Source: Octopus vulgaris
Taxonomy: Eukaryota
DNA: 64,000 bases
NCBI GenBank assembly: GCA_951406725.2
Contig: OX597820.1
Location: 123,876,001 to 123,940,000 of the forward strand
Direction of reading: 5' to 3'
The number at the start of each line of letters is the position of its first letter. Within the stretch, counting starts at the first letter, position 1. This document shows positions 27,078 through 41,486 of this stretch, in pieces. The notes under the pieces were generated by a model. It had not been told where the DNA came from, did no database searches, and was given only the letters and a program-made list of their open reading frames with translations. Position numbers and translations under genes: made by a program.

Positions 27078-28655
27078 AACCACAAACCACATGCGTTTAC
27101 GATCAAAATATAGCCGCAGTAAATAGAACTTGATCAGCATTAATAATACATATGTATTTATAATTAATTCATTCATTAATAATTAATGAAATATAAAGCC
27201 ATTTAACGTGTTTATTAATTGGCTAGCATGTTAACGCACCTTTAGGCAACTATTCATACTGATATATCATGTCACTCCATAAGTTCTGTCCGAATTGTGA
27301 ATAAACATAAGAAGTGGTCAAATGTTATATTCAATTCAAATTTAATTCTCAATATTCTTTCTCTGATTATCTGTGACATCGTTCCATCTGTTTAGAAACC
27401 GTTTAATCCTCTCAATGTAAAACTCTTTTGGTTTCAAAGTATAGAACTCTGAAATGTCGGTTTCGACCTCCTCCTCCTCCTCGCTTGCAAAAGTTATGTC
27501 CCCAAACGAATGGAAGTCTGAAGGAGCAAGGTCGGGAGAATAAGGTGGATGAAGAATATTTCCCAACCAAGCTCTTCGATCTTCTGTGATGTTATCTTTG
27601 CAGTTTGGGATCACGCACTGTCCTGATGAAACATTACTCCTTTCCGAGTCACTAAAACGGGTCTTTTGTCTTCAATGTTTGGTTCAAAAACTCTAATTGC
27701 TGACAGTAAACTTGAGCATTGATTGTTGCATTAGGTGGTAACAATTGAAAGTGAATTACTCCTTTGCAATCCCACCAGATAGAGAGAAGAATCTTTTTTC
27801 CATGAAGTTCCCATCTCGGTTGTGGTTGAGGTTTTTCCCTTTTACCAAGCCACATTTTACAACATATAACATTTTGGTAGAAGATCCAAGTCTATGTAGA
27901 AAGGGTGAAATGAGTTCGCGTGAATGGAGAGAAGAGCAGATGCCAACTCGGGATTTGCTGTTGCTTTCGGACAATTTATGAGGCACCCATTTTCCAAGAT
28001 TAGGAACCTTTCCAAGTTGTTGAAGATGACAATGAACAGTTGTATGGTTTGAACTAATGTTTATTGCCAATTCTTCAACTGATAATGCAAGATTTTCTTC
28101 ACATAATGCCTCAAGGAGCTTATCACCAAACTCAACTTGACGTCCTGTTTGATCTTCATCTTCAAGGCTGAATTCTCCACTTCTGAATTTTGCAAACCAT
28201 CTTCTGCAAGTTCTTTCATACAAGCATCGTTTCCCATAAACTGAGTGAATGTTTCGAGTCACTTCGGCTGCAGAGTTTCCTTTTTTGTACTCATAAAGCA
28301 TTATGTGCCTTAAATACTCTTTGGATACTTTCATGTTAGAAAGGGTTTTAATCAAAGAAATTTTAATTCTATTATTCTGTAAAATAATATTTAATTAGTT
28401 TAAATTTACACAAATGCATAAAAATAATTTTAAATTCCATTAGACAATCTAAAATACTATTAAATTTCATTCAATTTTAAAAGAAGTTAAAATCGGACAG
28501 AACTTAAGGGATGACCTAATAATTTTATAACTATAATTATTAAATGGTGTTATCCTTCATTCATGAATTAATTAATTATAAATAAATATGTATTATTTTT
28601 CATAATCAATTTATACGGCATTATTTTGATCGTAAACGTACGTGGTTTGTGGTGA
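27078..28655. repeat. About 130-bp inverted repeat arms (27078-27210 and 28540-28655) bracketing a mariner
   Basis: CCACAAACCACATGCGTTTACGATCAAAATA...ATAATACATAT.TATTTATAATTAATT recurs as its reverse complement. Confidence 0.8.
27267..28519 (-). mobile_element. Full-length mariner (1253 bp), frameshifted transposase
   Basis: TIRs TCATGTCACTCCATAAGTTCTGTCCGA and TCGGACAGAACTTAAGGGATGACCTAA with TA on both sides. KWVPHKLS, LLSIWWD, LHPPYSPDLAPSDFH. Confidence 0.95.
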
Positions 28656-29059
28656 ATGGATTAGATTTAAATAGTGTATAAATGGATATATGTATATATT
28701 CGGATGGATATCTGTTATTCATATGGGTACCTCATACAATAGGGGGACCTTGCTTACCTACGCCAAATATCGATTTATGAGTAATCCCATTTTAAAAGAA
28801 AATCTGATTTATTCATTAGCCCACTTTCAACCTGCGCTAATGGAGTAAAATCATATGTGGCTCATATATATATATCTATATATATATATATATACATATG
28901 ACGCGGGAGTGCCATTATAGTAGTAGGATGTTAAATAGTCAAGTTCCCTGAAAGTGACTTGTGGATGGTAGTTGTGATTAAATTCTTGAGATATCTCTTT
29001 TGAAAATTGTTTATAATATTCGCGTAGATGTTGGGACGATACAACATGTAGCCAACGAA

Positions 29060-29062
<3 letters not shown>

Positions 29063-29092
<30 letters not shown>

Positions 29093-29160
29093 CTTCTTCT
29101 TCTTCTTCTTCTTCTTCTTCTTCTACTTCTTTCTTCTTCTTCTTCTTCTTCTTCTTCTAC

Positions 29161-29192
<32 letters not shown>

Positions 29193-29223
29193 CTTCTTCT
29201 TCTTCTTCTTCTTCTTCTTCTTC
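29063..29223. repeat. (CTT)n microsatellite
   Basis: Directly visible. Confidence 0.98.
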
Positions 29224-29224
29224 T

Positions 29225-29470
29225 CTGCCAAGAATTCACAACGACCTCGAACACACGAGAATAAACTAGAGAAACAGAGACAGGCAGCATCAAGCTGAAT
29301 GTCCCACGTATGTGAATACTATGCAAATATTCTTTTAAAATACATTTAATTTTTCCTAAATTTAATTGTTTACTGTACTTACAGTTAAAAATGTCTCAAT
29401 GTCCGAAACCGGTACTGAAATGCTTTTTATATAACTATTTTGGCATTTTCTACCTTGACTTTTTCCCATA
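29225..29470 (+). mobile_element. PLE 3' end with decayed hammerhead at 29379-29420
   Basis: TTACAG-ttAaaaa...GAAA-CCGGT-A-CTGAAA: palindromic stem III and CAG/CTG stem I, core decayed. Confidence 0.45.
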
Positions 29471-29488
29471 CATACATACATACATACA

Positions 29489-29577
<89 letters not shown>

Positions 29578-30675
29578 AGAGAGAGAGAGAGAGAGAGAGA
29601 CTTTTATGTTAAAACAATATTATATTTATCTGATTTCATTTATACCTATTTGCACCTAATTTGAATGGAATAGACCAAACGAAAAGCCCGGGCCAGGAAT
29701 GGAAACGGCGGTTATAAACCGAGCGTGCAACAATCCTCAATAGATTAATCACCTTCAACGAAGATTGGTACGATCTTTAACAGACGCCAGTAAGTCATTT
29801 TCTGAGAAAAGTGGATAAATTGAAATTCTTTTTAATCTTCCCCAGAACCTTTAAATAAACATAAAATTCTATTAAAAAACTCCGCGCTACGTAGCAGAAT
29901 TCAGATATTTACACAGTTATATAATCAATACTGGTTTTAGAGTCGGGTGATTTGCGTCATGAGGTTAATTGCTACACCTTCTCTTACGATATCCGAATGG
30001 ATTGTTGTACGCAAATGCAGAGTAAGTAAACATGATGAGGTGTCAGTAAATATACGACCGGGAAATACAATGTGACTCACCATGCAATATACAGCTTGGC
30101 GGGTTATTCTGAAATGCACAAAGACTCGAATAAAACGGGATGAATTGGAGAGGAGCTTAAATTTCCCAAAATAAATTATTATATATGAAATATTAGATAT
30201 CTTTCCTCGCTTTTCGGGTTAACATTTATTCCATTGAAGAGTCTTACACACACACACATAAATCAAAGAATGTCAACATTTACACAATAAACGCCAAGCG
30301 AATAACTACAGTAGAACTACAGTTAAGGTGTAAAAAAGCTCACACAAATGAATTTAAAATATAAGTAATGTCCCAGACTAATTTTCTATTTATTATATAT
30401 TGGTCGTTCACACATAGTTTCAGTAAGAGAATACTTAACAAAAGGAGCAAATAACACAGTTTTTCTTTCTAAGTCAGTCTTCCGGTTGTTCAGCGGTTCA
30501 AAGGATTATTCTAGCATTAATCACTAAGTGCAACAGGAAATAGACTGATTCTGGACTGCGTCTAATGAGACGAGATTAACTAGAATTACCTGAATGGGGT
30601 AACATCATACTGAAGTCGAAATTAAACACACACACAAACACAGCTCCCCCCCACATATATATGTATGTATTTATG

Positions 30676-30716
<41 letters not shown>

Positions 30717-31329
30717 GGTGGGGTGTTTGCGTGCACATGCAGCCTGTATGTATGTGTCTATATGTGTCTGTAGATTCAATGAATTTAAACAATACTTCTA
30801 GCGTAATTGCATCTGAAATACGCATCTTGAAATGATGACTAGTAATTGGTTATAAGGATAATTAACTCGGAAGACAATAGCGTTTCCTTTAAGTCTTTAG
30901 ATGAACAGTGTTCAAAATGATTTGCCGCAACGATAAGGGACAATTTGCTAAATCAAACTATATAATAGTCAACTGCTAATAGTCAGCCTATATGTCGAGA
31001 AAACGGTTGCTGCAAGCGTGTAAAATCCTTTCACACATTTCAGAACTTTATCTGATTGTAACGCAATAAATTAGCAAAATGTCATATTTGAGATATCTTC
31101 CACGGTGTAGCATTTAGTTTTCTACGTCTGGATATTGAAATATTTTGCCTCTCATGTCGCATTCTACACCAACATAGTTAACAGTGATTTAAGAGGTTCA
31201 ATGCAGTCATTTGTACATAAGTATTCTGCTTATGGATGTGATATAAATTAAAGCAAATAAATAGTAATGATATGTCTGCGCCGAGCATATTCGTAGTATC
31301 CCTCCAAAGAACTGTTTGAAACATTGTCT

Positions 31330-31742
31330 GGATCTTTTCGGTTTGAACGGCAGTTTTTTAAAAATAATTTCCACGCAACTAAACACGTTTAAATATCGTA
31401 TACTGGTAGAATGTGTTTATAAAACATCTTTTTCTCTTGGCTTTATTGAGGAAATTCTAAAGTTTGTAAGATATTTGTTGTATAATTTCTTGCATTCCGG
31501 CAATTTCAACCAATCAATGACATCCATTGATGTAAAAAACATTCTGTGATGTATGAATATGTCTCTCGTTTAAGAAACATATTGGGTTTATTTACATTTG
31601 TGAAGAAAAAAAGATACACTTCCCCCCAACCCTAACCCTAAAACAGCTTGAAATGCAATAGATCGATACTAGGGTCATAAATATGGGTGACAATTTCATA
31701 TGACACTGCTAGAAAAAACTGCCGTTCAAACCGAAAAGATCG
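31330..31742. mobile_element. MITE, 413 bp, 30-bp TIR, 8-bp TSD
   Basis: GGATCTTTTCGGTTTGAACGGCAGTTTTTT ... AAAAAACTGCCGTTCAAACCGAAAAGATCG. Flanks CATTGTCT and CATTGTTT. Confidence 0.92.
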
Positions 31743-32539
31743 CATTGTTTAGTTCCTGTATGTACAATTGTTTACATCTACTTAGTATTTTTACACCACA
31801 AATGTAAAATACGATATACGCTACAGTATGACATAAAAGCAAAAGAATGAAATATTGCACAAAATATACTTGTACTTTACTAAGTGTGGTACTCATCTGT
31901 CCAGTTCATATGTCATAATATATTGCTTCCTTTCTAATTGTCACATTTGAGATGATATCGTAGATGCTGTGTACTTACTGATTTATCGTTCGCAGGTTTC
32001 TAATAGTATTAGTGGTGTGTAGAAAGACAAGTGGTTTTAACAATGAATTGAAACTTTATCGTTAGCTTAGTTTTCAAATAGTTCTTTTAGCAATTCAGAA
32101 TCGATAACAAAGACCTATAAGAGAAGAACTTTACTTTCATGGAGAAAGGATATAGCAGTAATCTATTAGAATACAGTCAATAGAATGTTACCTAATCTAA
32201 GAATTATGTACTTACAGGCTAATGACTGTACCAATTCCCGAAAACGCATTACTTGATTAAACTATTCTCAGTCATAGATTTCTTTCATTCAAGATTCTTA
32301 AAAACGGATAAACCAGAAAACGCAATGTAATAAAATCTTATTTTCTATATTAAAAAACACAAATCAGTTGACCAAAGATGAATTCTACAAAATGTTTTTG
32401 TGTACAGACTAGAAGACGTATCAATTCACTGAGTTGCGAGCAACATTTGTGGTACTTATTTTCGTTAAGCTATTTAAAGGCCAGTGGGATTACATGCATA
32501 ATATAGTGAGAGAAACACCGTCCTTCGAATAAACTGGTC

Positions 32540-32834
<295 letters not shown>

Positions 32835-34552
32835 AATCTAAAAGGAAAATAGAAATATAGAAGAAAAAGTTCCATCGTTGTTTTAAAGGATTCAGACAAT
32901 ATATTTCTGTTGAAAAAGTGAACAATTCTGTTTACTTCTCAGTTGAAGATTTCCATGTGTATACGAGGAAACACGAGCCTTACCAAAAACCTAATTCTAA
33001 ATTAAGTTACATTAAGTTCAAAAGTAATCATCTAAAGTCAATAATTTATTCTTTCCTTTAAATATCGTAAAAAGAATTAATTTCTAATGAGGAAATTTTA
33101 AACAAAAATAAAGTGGACTATAACAATGCACTTACAAAAGCAGGATATAAACTTACATTTAAATGTAAGGCAAATAACACATCTAAAGTTTCACATGATA
33201 GAACACATGGTAATACAAATGAGTACAAAAAAAGCAATAATTCAAACCATCAAATTGATATACATCTAAATAATAGGATGGATATTAATAATAAAGATGG
33301 AAATGTGCGAATATTAAATATGAAGTCTAACCGTAAATATATTAAGTACAATGATGAAAACAAGAAATATCAAAAAACAATGCTATTGTTCAGTATGCTA
33401 AATACAAATAAGGTAAAAGCAATATAAATCGAAATCACATGGAAAAGTAATATAAATGGAAAACTAGTCTAAATAGTATATGGCTTGTGTAAACTCCACT
33501 ATAACAAACTGGCAATTACTGTATCCCATGATACTTACATGGCTAATTACACCTTTCGTAAAACAGGTAAAAACGAATTAAATTAAAACTTTGCGAAGAT
33601 TAATAAATACATATTTTACTAATAATATATATAGTGAAATAGTTAATAGAAATATTCGCATAAGCTTCTCGTAATATATTTAGAATAATATATTTATGAG
33701 AATCGTAAAATTGATACTTTTCATTCTATTGACAATATAAGAAACTAGCCATGGGTAACGGTGAACATTTTAATTTAAATAGTCGAGGAGAAATAACGCA
33801 TATGAATCCCCCTGTTATGGCAAATAATAAGATTTACCGAAATAGATATTGTAATTGTAAAGATAAGCTGGACTGCAACTTTTAACAATTTCTGTAAAAG
33901 TAATAATCTGTTATTCCAGGCTGCTGTTAAATATGAAGGTAAGAATTCTTTCTATATCGGTTCAACCTAATGCTTTATAAAGAAAAGGATTGCTAATCAA
34001 GAACATAATTTAGGAAATTAAATAATACAAGGCTTAGTAGGTTTATTTGGAGTATTAAAGACAGCAATAAGAATTTTGAGTCATGCTAAAACATACAGTA
34101 TCAGGGATAAGAGATGCCAGCTTTGTGTCGGAGAGATTTACCAAATAACTTTCGGACATCCACTACTAAATTCTAGAAATTTGTGCATGTTCCTAAGCGT
34201 ATTTTGTCTATTTATTTCTAGACTATATATTAAATACATACCATATAATATGAAATAATGATGCATAATTTTATAGTATATAAGTTTTTATATAAATAGA
34301 ATTATAGCAATTAACATAATTCATTTATTAATATAATTACCATATAAAGAAACAATCGTCGATAGTGATAATAGTTTTGTTTCAATAACATGTAATCTGA
34401 TGTAGTAATATAATAATTCTATACAGCTAATCTCTACATAATGAATTTATTGATAACAATTTTGAGTAAGTTGCTTTTTAATTTTTTAAATAATTAAAAT
34501 GAACATTTATTAAATTATATCTATTTATGCAAAAATAGATATAATTCAATAA

Positions 34553-34690
34553 ATTGACTTTGCCATTCATCCTTTCGGGGCCGATAAATAAAGTACCAGT
34601 TTCGCACTGGGGTCGATGTAATCGACTTAATCGCTTTGTCTGTCCTTGTTTGTACCCTCTATGTTTAGCCCCTTGTGGGTAGTAAAGAAA
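34553..34690 (+). mobile_element. SINE family B, 3' part
   Basis: GACTTTGCCATTCATCCTTTCGGGGCCGATAAATAAAGTACCAG...AGTAAAGAAATA. Confidence 0.85.
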
Positions 34691-35527
34691 TATATATCCT
34701 AAATCCTTAAAAATGTTTCAGCCCCAAGGCCGCGGCCATGCTGTAAATTTAATTTTTAAGTAACATTAAATACTATATTATTATAATTAATTCATAATTA
34801 ACTAGCATCGTATAACCAACAATCTTTATATAATTGAAATGAAAATAATTAGAATAAACAATTAATCATTTGAATAGTTATATTATTGGATAAACATCTG
34901 TATAAATAACACTGAAATTGTTTTAAATGAATATGCATTAATGATGTAACACACCTAATCTATTTTTGGCAGTCACGTAATACGTAAACTTGCTCCTATA
35001 ATCTATAAGTAATATAACTCATAATTTTAATTTTGACAATCTTGATTAACTTTAATTAATAATCTAATTATATTTTGTATCCTCATGCACGCACATACAT
35101 GCTTAAACACGCATATAATATAAACAAACACATTTACGTACACTACGCGTTTATACGAGTAAATACTGTTATCATATTCGAATTAAACTACACAGAAGCA
35201 TGCATAAAAAGTTAATTTAATTTGATAGGATTTTATAACGAATGCATAGACAGTAATATACATTGATAATGTAAACCAATAGAAACTTACTTACACAACG
35301 GGTTTATTTTTTTATTTTCTATTTCACTTTATACTATAACTGTATTTCTACTTGTTTCTTTATCGTTACACTTACACTAGATTTTAATTTCAATTTAATT
35401 TTTTTATTCTTTATTTTCATTTTATTACTTGTTATTTATTTGTAATTTATTAGTCAATACATATGCATAATAAATACATATTTCTTAATTTATTTAGTCT
35501 ATCGGTAACTCTTTATCAAATATACTC

Positions 35528-35649
35528 AATCCTTGATGATATTCTAACCATTATTAGTCAAAATGGTATTTCATTTTCATTATTGGATTTATTCCTTTTT
35601 TTTTATTTGTAATTTATATATTGGACCGAATTGAAACGTGCGTAGGATT
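35528..35649 (+). ncRNA. Type I hammerhead motif with about 90-nt extended stem II
   Basis: AATCC-tTGATGA-t-ATTC...GAAT-t-GAAA-CGTGCGT-A-GGATT: perfect 5-bp stem I, near-palindromic stem III, GUA site. Confidence 0.65.
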
Positions 35650-35894
35650 TAATTTGACTAGTTTTTTTTGTGCTAAGGTAGTAAATTAATCTGACATCAT
35701 TTCCAGCTCTCGATTATTTTTATTTAATCATATTTGTACATTTAATGATCCTATACATACCGAAGAGAATTTTCCTCAACGATGTTAGTGATTAAACGAG
35801 TGTAAATTTGGATGTAGCAATTCATTATGAAGAAAAATACCCGCATTGACTATAAACATACGTACATACATATATACATATAGATATGTGTGTA

Positions 35895-36410
<516 letters not shown>

Positions 36411-37168
36411 CTCACACACATGTGTATGTCTATGTATATGTATATGTCTATGTATATGTTCATATATTCCAACCTTGTCCGATTTTCACGTTTTATTTAC
36501 AATTTTATAATGGTATAATATAATAAAATAAATTAAAATAATAGAATGTTAAATGTTCATTCTGATTGAACTAGTACTTTCATGCATTAAATTATGCAAT
36601 CCTCAGGTTCATGTAGTAGTGGTAACAGTCATGGTTCACAATTTTTGACTGTAGCGAGAGGGTTAAATCTGTGCCTTAAATACACCTGTTTAGACTCCCG
36701 ATTGCTAGGTTTTGCAAACTTTATTCTTACCAATCAGTGTGTAGCATCACTCAATTACTTAAGCTGATTGGTTTAGGCGTCATGCTTTGTTGAACATGTC
36801 AAGAGTCCTGTATCTTAACCTTGGCCGAGGCAGCAATTGTTGGGCTATTTTTAGAAATGTTGTAAATAGCCTTTGTCAGGGATTTTTATATTTCAATTGT
36901 CATCATCATCATTGTCAGCACCTTAATTATTGTTGCTAGTGGTGATGGTGGTGGCAATAGAACTTTTAACCCTAAATAAGATAATTTTCCTGCTATCTTC
37001 ATCTTGATCACCTTTAGTATTGTTGTTATTGTTAGTGGTCATGGTCGTAAAAGAATTTTATTGATACATTCGAGCCCAAACTAATATATATAAGCAATAA
37101 TAATAATACTTAGAGCTACTACTTCTACTGCTAAAGAAGCCATAGACCTTGTGTCTGAAGAAACACCG

Positions 37169-37235
<67 letters not shown>

Positions 37236-37285
37236 ATATTTATCTATCTATCTATCCATCTATCTATCTGTCTATCTATCTATCA

Positions 37286-37329
<44 letters not shown>

Positions 37330-38442
37330 ACACACGTTTGTCCCCTACCCACCGATTCCTAATCAGTATATATTTGTTCACGTAACCTAGCAGTTCAGAA
37401 AAAGATTCAGGCATATAAAATAATAATTACCGTTGCGGATTGTTTTAGGTATAAATAGCTAGTGTAAAAACATTTAAGCTTAGTAAATCTGTTTTTATAC
37501 GAGTCTAGGTCTATCAGTATAATGTTTCAAAGTACATTGCTTGAAACTAATGTTGTTTATTACGGCTGTAGAACAATAGCAAAACCGTTCGTTAATGCAT
37601 TCAATGATAACCAAAGAAAGAATTTTCGGAGTTCTGTAGAGAAGGATTGTAGTTCTCTACCACATGGAAGTTACGTTTTCAATTTGCGATTTGTTTATCT
37701 TTTGAAATCTCTGAAAAGTTTGATGTTTATTGATGAGGAAGCTTCCAGATGTCTCTTTAAATAATCGTCCTTAATTCAACTACCATTCAATTATCTTGCC
37801 GCCTCTGCTGTTTGCCAAAAATAGGAAAAAAATGAATTGTCAGCGGCACGTTGATTGATATTTCCACCAATGATAATGTTTTTTGAGAAAGAAAAAAGAT
37901 TAATAAAATACAATAAAAATTGAAATTAAAAGATTAGCTTAAAATATAAGAAGACCTTCAAATCAGAGTAATTCTTTGTAAAGGTGGACACCAAGTAAAC
38001 AGAAATCAAATTAATTTTCTATCTTTTTAGTCAACACTTAATTTATTTAAGAAGTCTTATTTTCAAATTCTACAACTAAATTATTAATTTCTTGTTGTTA
38101 TTTAATTTAATATTACTTTATATTTTCACACTCATTAAATTACCATATGAATAATTCCAACAGTTTAAACTAATTCAGTTGGTGAATGGGAATACGGAAT
38201 ATGCCTCTCAATTATGGCTGTTAATGTTAATATGGAAGAATATTTAAATTCAAACAGACAGACACAAACAGATACACACATACAGCCCCTTCAGAAATCA
38301 GATGTAGAGAAACTGGAGCATATCTCGAAGCACAAGATTCAAGTTCACAATGGCTCTACTCTATGATGAAAAATTTATTCAATTATTCTCATATCATTTT
38401 GCACAACATAATGTATTATATATATATATATATAATATTATA

Positions 38443-38490
<48 letters not shown>

Positions 38491-38495
<5 letters not shown>

Positions 38496-38735
38496 GATTT
38501 CGGAATGGTCAACTTTTGTCAAATAAACACATACACTATATATTTATTACTGTTCTTATTATTTTAAAATTTTAACTTATGTCCATTGTCTGGAAATCTT
38601 TCATCACACACCTGTGACCTCTTCAGCGACACTTTTCGTTTTTGTGTGTGCCCTTGCTCCACATTCTGTTCTTCTAAGAAGTGCACCCTTATGTACACAT
38701 GCGTTTGTGTTACTGTGTGTCAAATTTTAATTCCA
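38491..38735 (-). mobile_element. pLTR family 2, inverted relative to the adjacent PLE ORF
   Basis: Homologous to 14838 and 19293; abuts (TA)n. Confidence 0.7.
38587..38632 (-). ncRNA. Hammerhead motif, family 2, canonical core
   Basis: Minus strand UGUCG-CUGAAGA-g-GUCACA(GGUG)UGUGAU-GAAA-GAUUU-C-CAGACA. Confidence 0.75.
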
Positions 38736-39806
38736 GAAACACTAAAGTATTCGACCTCGTCCACAAACACTTCTCCATTCTACTTGAAGATGAAAACAAT
38801 GAAAAAAATGCTAGAAAAAAAAATCATCGAAGGTAAAAGGCATCTCCAAACACTCAAACAGTCCTCACTGCAACAAAACCCATAAAGGAATCTCCAACCC
38901 AACTGTGACAAGATGTGAAAAAACAAACTGCGACACCTGATTATACGTAATGGAAGGACCAACATTCAAATTGAAAGATGGACAAACCTTTAAAGTAAAA
39001 GAAGACATCATCTGTAACTTCGAAAGCCTAATTTACGGAATAACGCCTGCTGGATGTCAACAAATAAATCAAACTAAATAAGATAAACGATCGTTTCATT
39101 GGTTAAAAGAATAATGATACACAACGAGAAGATCCGAAAGGAGAGCGCAAGAAAGATTCCCCTACGTAGTCATATTGCAAACTCTGTAGGCATGGCCTTG
39201 CGAAATTTTAAAATCTTTCTCCTCTACATAGGCTCTCACTTATTCACCCAGCAACAGAATAAACAAGGAAAAGTTGATTCATCAGCAAATATAAACCACA
39301 ACTAAATATCGAAAACCCACCAGTAATCAATAATTAAAAGCCCGCCACACACACACCCCACAATAACACACACACAAGAACATATATACACCATAACACA
39401 CGCAACACAATAACACAGGCGCATGCGCACACACCCGTACAAACACACACGCACACAAGATTCACATAAAACTACACATACACCACAAAACACACACCAC
39501 TAAAAAAACTGCTATAAAAGACAATAAAACACAAACTCACGCAAATTTTCTCCACAAAACTAAAATGACACAGCATAACCTCACATATCACATATTCCAG
39601 AACATGTTTCCCCACCTTAAAAAAAATCATACATAGGTACATAAAAAACAAAACAAAACACATAATCCACTAAAAAATACACACACAAACACGAAAACAT
39701 GTAACAAATTTAAAATCACAACTAAACATCTAACCACCCACTATCAATCAACAAATAAGGAATTGCCACACCACACACATGCACACAACAAAACAAATGG
39801 CAAGCA
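38736..39806 (+). mobile_element. Neptune-like PLE GIY-YIG remnant and CA-rich 3' UTR; UTR continues at 41072-41484 and 42722-42875
   Basis: FKLKDGQTFKVKEDIICNFESLIYGI, RIMIHNEKIRK, SHIANS...FKIF, KYKPQLN. Similar to 62990-63300(-). Confidence 0.7.
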
Positions 39807-41069
39807 CCAGGTGCGTTCAATAAGTATTGCCCCTGACCCACTTCCCATAGCAACGAAACTTGGCACAGTTATTAGGCTTTTTCTACATAGGAACCACTCA
39901 GAGTTACGCATTTCTCCCATAGTTTGATGCAGCTCTGGAGACCGTTTTTGTAGAAGAACCCAGCTTGGTCCTCCAACCACGACGTGACTTCAGAAATCAA
40001 GGCTGCATCACCTGGGAAACGCTTTCCTTTCAAAAACAACTTCATTGTTGGGAAGAGGTGAAAATCAGAGGGTGCAAGGGGAGGAGTTCATAGCTGCACG
40101 CCTGTGCTTCTGATCTGGCGACACGCGAGTTGTGGACCGGAGCGTTGTCCTGAAGGAGGAGGATGCCTTTGCTGATCTTGCCCGCCTCTTGATTTTGATA
40201 GTTTCTATTAATTTCCTTAAAAGTGAAGCATAATAGGCTCCTGTAATTGTGGTACCCTTTGCCAGGAATTTTGTCATCACTACTCCGTCCTGGTCCCAGA
40301 AGACTGTGAGCATGACCTTGCCAGCGGAGGGCTGCACCCTTGCCTTCTTTGGAGGAGGTGAGTCACGGTGCTTCTAGTACATTGACTGGGCTTTGGTCTC
40401 TGGATCATAGTGATGGACCCAGATTTCATCCTGTGTAATCAGCCTTTTGAAAAAGTTTGACTCATCTTCTTGGCACATCTCCAAATTCATCCTCGAGCAA
40501 TCGACGCGTTCTTCCTTCTGGAAAGGTGTGAGCAACCTGGGAATCCATCTGGAAGACACCTTTTTCGTATGCAAATGGTCATGAATGATAGTTTCCCAAG
40601 ACCCAGTACTAATCTTGAACTCATGGGCTATTTGGCGAATAGTTATGCGTCAATCTTCCAAAATGACAGCCTCAACTTGACGGACAGATGCCTCATCAAG
40701 GGCAGAAGGGGGTCGACCAGATCTTGGAGCTGTTTCCACAGAGTTCCGACCATGTTTGAATTCACGATGCCAGCGTTTTACAAGGTCATATGATGGGGCA
40801 TCATCACCATAAGTTACTTTCATTTCATCAAACGTCTTCCGTGCTGTGCGTTCTTTTCAAATACAAAAACCGGATCACTGCTCGACACTCAACAGGCTCC
40901 ATTTCACACTTGACTCAGTTGAAACAACTGTAGATCAGAAACCACAATTCGTTCAGAGCTGTAATTTGCCTCTTAATCTATAAAGATATAAATAATTGTA
41001 CATGCAAAATGTCAGCTAGAACAAACAAATACAAGTGGGTCAGGGTCATTACTTATTGAACGTCCCTCG
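39807..41069 (-). mobile_element. Full-length mariner (1263 bp), irritans/Himar-like
   Basis: TIR CCAGGTGCGTTCAATAAGTATTGCCCCTGACCCACTT matches the reverse complement of the 41033-41069 end. RWIPRLLT, ITQDEIWVHHYDPETK, SAGKVMLTVFWD, LWEKCVTLSGSYVEK. Confidence 0.95.
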
Positions 41070-41486
41070 TAATTCCACCCTAATTCTCTAAATAACCATC
41101 TTTAAGAAACATTCAACCATTTTCCCTACAAAAAATAAAGCTAAAATATTTTAAACAATCGATTCGAAACACACACACACACACACACACACGCAAATAC
41201 ACACATACAATGGTGGCTAATCAATAAATAAGAAACATCCCATTCAACTCAAAAGACATCCTGACACTTGAACTCCACCCCAAACCGACATAGACATCAC
41301 ATTTACAAGAAAATGACGAAAACAATATTTCATTAAGAACTCAAATATGAGTACAAACTGTTAAACTCCGCCCAAAATGTTTTTTCGTCTCTGACCACCC
41401 CCACCGAATTATTTGTAATATTTGTAATATTTGAAGCTGAATACATCAAAACCGATTATATTTTATTAAACATTCTCCAAAATATA

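Larger units (their letters stand above)
32850..35845 (+). mobile_element. 5'-truncated Naiad-like PLE: RT C-terminus, Cys linker, GIY-YIG, long AT-rich 3' UTR and pLTR
   Basis: PYQKPNSKLSYI..KSNH, SNEEIF..DYNNALTKAGY, CNCKDKLDC, FQAAV...FYIGST, LSRFIWSIKD, RCQLC..E...LLNSR. Hammerhead at the 3' end. (TA)n on both sides. Confidence 0.8.

Noticed and set aside
33845-34200. Selenocysteine recoding in the Naiad-like endonuclease
   Set aside because: The conserved Cys positions are TGT/TGC, and I could not see a convincing SECIS.
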